From Squalus acanthias (lineage: Eukaryota): a stretch of DNA of 64,000 nucleotides. Below the pieces are notes generated by a model. It worked only from the letters and a program-made list of their open reading frames with translations, was not told where the DNA came from and made no database searches. The DNA lies in contig CM059452.1 of the NCBI GenBank assembly GCA_030390025.1, positions 8,060,001-8,124,000 on the forward strand, given 5' to 3'. Positions 60,548 to 64,000 of the stretch are shown in pieces (position 1 is the first letter of the stretch; each line of letters begins with the position of its first letter). Position numbers and translations under genes: made by a program.

Positions 60548-61066
60548 CTGCAAAACAATTACAATAAAGGTCAATAAACTGGAGAATTCCAGAGACAATG
60601 AAACCGGCGGTTAGATGTGAGAGAAATGTGCTTTGCACTGAATTTTGAACGATTCACTTTCCCCCTCTGTGTCCTGTCCGGTTTTCCAGCCCGGAGCAGA
60701 GGGGGATACAATCCTTCTCTCTGGGAGCTTGAAGAGTTGGACAGGAAATTTTTTATAGAATTTACATCATAGAAACAGACCATTCGGTCCAACTGGTGAA
60801 TGCTGCTGCTAATGCTCCACACGAGACTCCTCCCACCTTACTTCATCTAACCCTCATAACATATCCTTCTATTCCTTTTTCCCTCATTGACTTATCCAGC
60901 TTCCCTTTAAATGCATCATCTCGGGTCGCAGAGGGTATAGTTAGTGGCAATAGCCATTGAATTATCAGAGCAGTCCATTAAAACACTGAATAGAACGAAT
61001 TGGGCCGTGCACAAGCACCGGAAATAGTCACAGTGTCTCACTTATTGCTACAATCTCACCGCTCAC

Positions 61067-61375
61067 CCTTTTCCTTGTGGATGGAATCTCTTATAGGAGA
61101 CGGCATATCCTGATGGCTCATCACGCAGTAGAACTCATCCCCTCTCAGCCAGGCCTGTGTCGAGATGTTTAAGTTGCTGATCACGCTGTTGGGCGCCTCT
61201 CCGGGTTGGACGGCAATCTCTGATTTCAAAGTCTCCTTCTCTCGGATCCAGGACACGTTGACTCCATAAGGAGCATTAGACACGACGCAGGTTAAGGTCA
61301 CCGTCGCCTCCAGTAAGACATGTTCTAGTGACGGTTGCGGAACAGTGATTTCTGGATCGCCGCATAAGGGATCAT
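61067..61375 (-). CDS. IGHM: IgM CH3 exon, right copy
   Basis: cacag|..[42 protein letters not shown]...[24 protein letters not shown]|gtgagc; phase 1 is compatible with CH4. Confidence 0.92.
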
Positions 61376-62831
61376 CTGTGAACAGAAATTAAAATCAAGC
61401 AAAGCTCCATCTTCAGAATCAGGACACAAGCATTCAGCCTTCACTCTCTCAACGAGAATAAATCACCTTTGAGAGATTAACCTCTGGGTGTTGCATAAAC
61501 ACCATCGCCATTGGAAGGACAAAGAATTGACAACGATTCCGGGAGACTCTTTAACATTTCCTGTGTATTTGCTCCCAGAGCCACCTGTAATGGCTGTGAA
61601 GCAAATACCCGGCGTAAAAAAATGAATAAATTCGGGCGCAATTATATTACGCACTGAAGAGCGCTCTTCCTGAAATCCCTTGCTCCTTTGAACCCGTGTA
61701 TAGATCCTTGTGCCCATCCATTCCCGCTGATTATATTGGGCCAGAAATTCGGCTGTTGTCGGGTGAGTACGCACTGTGTACTCACCCGTAAGGCCATTTG
61801 AAGTGCCGGTTTTCTGCATGCACTGCGCATGCGCGAGAAACCGGAACTTTCTTTCCCCTGAAGGGAGGGGTTCAGAAGTCGAACGTGTGCGCGGGAGAGG
61901 CTGCGCGCACGCAACGAAGTTAGGTTTTTTTTCAGGTTTCTCCGGGAAGGTAAGTATAAAGAAGCTGCGCTTTTAAAAAGGAGGCGCAAGGCCTGTTTTT
62001 AACAAGGTAAGTGGTTAATTAATTACAATTTAAAAATGTTTTCAACAGGTTTATCTTTTTTAGATACTTTAAAGAATGGTAAGTTTATTTTTAGCACCGT
62101 TACAAAGTATAATTAATTTTTTCAAATATTTAAATTTTTGTTTCAGGTAGTTAATTTATTTAACTGATAGTTATTTTAAAAATGTAATTTAAAAAAAAAA
62201 TTATTTGAAGTTTAAGTGTGGTTTTGGGGCCGATCTCTATTCATAGATTTGACAGGTCTCTCTGTCAAATCTATGAATGAAAATGCCCTGCTAGGATTGG
62301 CTCTCCATGGCCCACGTGATCCCAGGGGACGCTTCGAACTAACTGCGCCCCTGGGATACACAAGCTCTGCGCGCAGGCAGCTGCAGGAGGCCCAGGACCC
62401 GAAGTCCTCGTGGGCCCAAAGCTCAACTGCAGGCGCGGTAGGCAAGTACGCGCACGATGCTTGCACCCGCAGGAAGCCTGAAAGCTGAATTTCTGGCCCA
62501 ATGGCTCCGCCCTCAGGGTCAAGAGCTCTACACGAAAATTGCACTGGTTCAAAACGAGTGTCAAATGAAACCCAGGATTTTAGGTGCAACTGGAAACAAA
62601 GTAAATTTTCTGGTGTCTTGTTGCGATTTTTGGGGCGATGAAAATGTGCGGGAACCAGTTGCAGCCCCCGTCAGAGGAGAAGTGAAAGCTCCGGAGAATG
62701 GAGTTCCAAGGGGTCTTTTGTGGTGGAGAATAATGTGTAATACCGATTTGAAGTAGTTTGTTTATTTCTGTCATTAATGAACACTTAAAATGTCTGGTGA
62801 GAGAGTCAGAGGAAATATGACTGCAGGGCAG

Positions 62832-63372
62832 TCATAGCAACATGGGAACCAGGAGTAGGCCATTCAGCCCATCCAGCCTGTTCCGCCATTCAATGAGATC
62901 ATGGCTGATCTGCACCTCAACACCATCTACACGCCTTGTTTCTGTAACCCTTGATACCTTGCCTAACAAAAATCTATCAACCTCAGGTTTGAAATTTGCA
63001 ATTGGCCCACAGCCTCAACAGATTTTTTGCAGTGAGAGAGTTCCAGATTTCCACTGTCCTTTGTGTGAAGAAGTGTTTCCTGACATCACCCCTGAACGGC
63101 TCGGTTCTAATTTTAAGGTTATTCCCCTTGTTCTGGACTCCCGCACCAGAGGAAATAGTTTCTCTCTATCTCCCCTATCAATTCCATTTATCAACTTAAA
63201 CACCTCAATTAGATCTTCCATAATCAAAGGAATAGAAGCCTATTATGTGCAACCTGTCCTCATTATTTAACACTTTTCCCGATATCATTCTATTAAATCT
63301 GCACTGCAGCCCCTCCAAGGCCAATATATCCTTCCGGATGTGTGGAGCCCAGAATTGAATGCAGTTCTCTAA
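62832..63372 (-). mobile_element. Degenerate CR1 3' fragment in the intron upstream of CH3
   Basis: LENCIQFWAPHIRKDILALEG and DLIEVFKLINGIDR. Confidence 0.85.
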
Positions 63373-63544
63373 ATAGGGAAGAGGCCCTTTCTCGCAGTGG
63401 GTCTCGAGACCGTTAAAAGTAAAGGGTTCCAGAAACCTACTGCCGCTCATAATATGATCAGCCAACTCAGGATAAACCTGAGACCGAGGACACCTCACAT
63501 CAGAGCAGAGGGAAACCTTCTTTGGCGAGGTTATGGAATCATGA

Positions 63545-63982
63545 ACCGTGAGGAATCCTGATTCAGAAGATTGTGGGTTCAAGTCTCACTCCAAATACGT
63601 GAACAGAAGATGTAAATTGACGCTCCCAGTGCAGCACTGAGGGAGCGCTACTCTGTCGGAGGTGCCGTCTTTCGCATGAGACTTTAAACAGACCTCTCAG
63701 GTGGACGTAAAAGATCCCATGGCACTATTTCGAGGAGGAGCAGGGGAAATCTCCCAGGTGTCCTGACCAATATTTATCCCTGAACAAACATCACTAAATA
63801 ATAAGATTGTCTGGTCATTATCACATTGCTGCTTGTGGAACTTTACTGTCTGCAAATTGGCCGCCGCGATTTCTACATTACAACAGTGACCACATTTCAG
63901 GAATTACTTCCTTGGCGGTAAAGCGCTTTGGGACGTCCAGAGGTCGGGAAAGGCGCTATGTAAAGGTAGTTCTTTCTTTTAT
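63545..63982 (+). mobile_element. DeuSINE-like element (tRNA head, Deu domain, L2-type tail)
   Basis: B-box-like gggttcaagtc; gtaaaagatcccatggcact...ggtcattatcacattgctg; tail aagcgctttgggacgtcc...aaaggcgctat. Confidence 0.7.
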
Positions 63983-64000
63983 TTTATATCGGAAGAAAAC

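Larger units (their letters stand above)
52290..60620 (-). repeat. Right arm of the large inverted segmental duplication
   Basis: See the left arm; for example 52703-54290 matches 7660-9266. Confidence 0.9.

Overview
This is eukaryotic DNA from a cartilaginous fish (shark-like) antigen-receptor region. The two ends of the window carry the 3' halves of two IgM heavy-chain constant genes facing each other. The left gene (+) has CH4/secretory tail, TM1 and TM2; the right gene (-) has CH3, CH4/secretory tail, TM1 and TM2. They lie in the arms of a large inverted duplication (about 1-12.4 kb versus about 52.3-60.6 kb). Between them is a dense, mixed-orientation array of about 22 T-cell receptor alpha/delta-type V segments and relics, most with leader exons and 23-bp-type RSS. 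Six look intact, three carry a single lesion, and the rest are pseudogenes or fragments. I recognised no D or J segments. Notable details: an intronless leader-V gene with an intact RSS; a stop-loss that extends the left IgM secretory tailpiece; CTCF motifs next to many V segments; an RSS/flank cassette shared between unrelated V families; and two short insertions with minimal hammerhead ribozymes. The rest is CR1 (one copy with intact ORF2), RTE, L2 and other LINE fragments, a DeuSINE-like element, four minisatellite families and two assembly gaps. All calls are by eye; no database searches were run.
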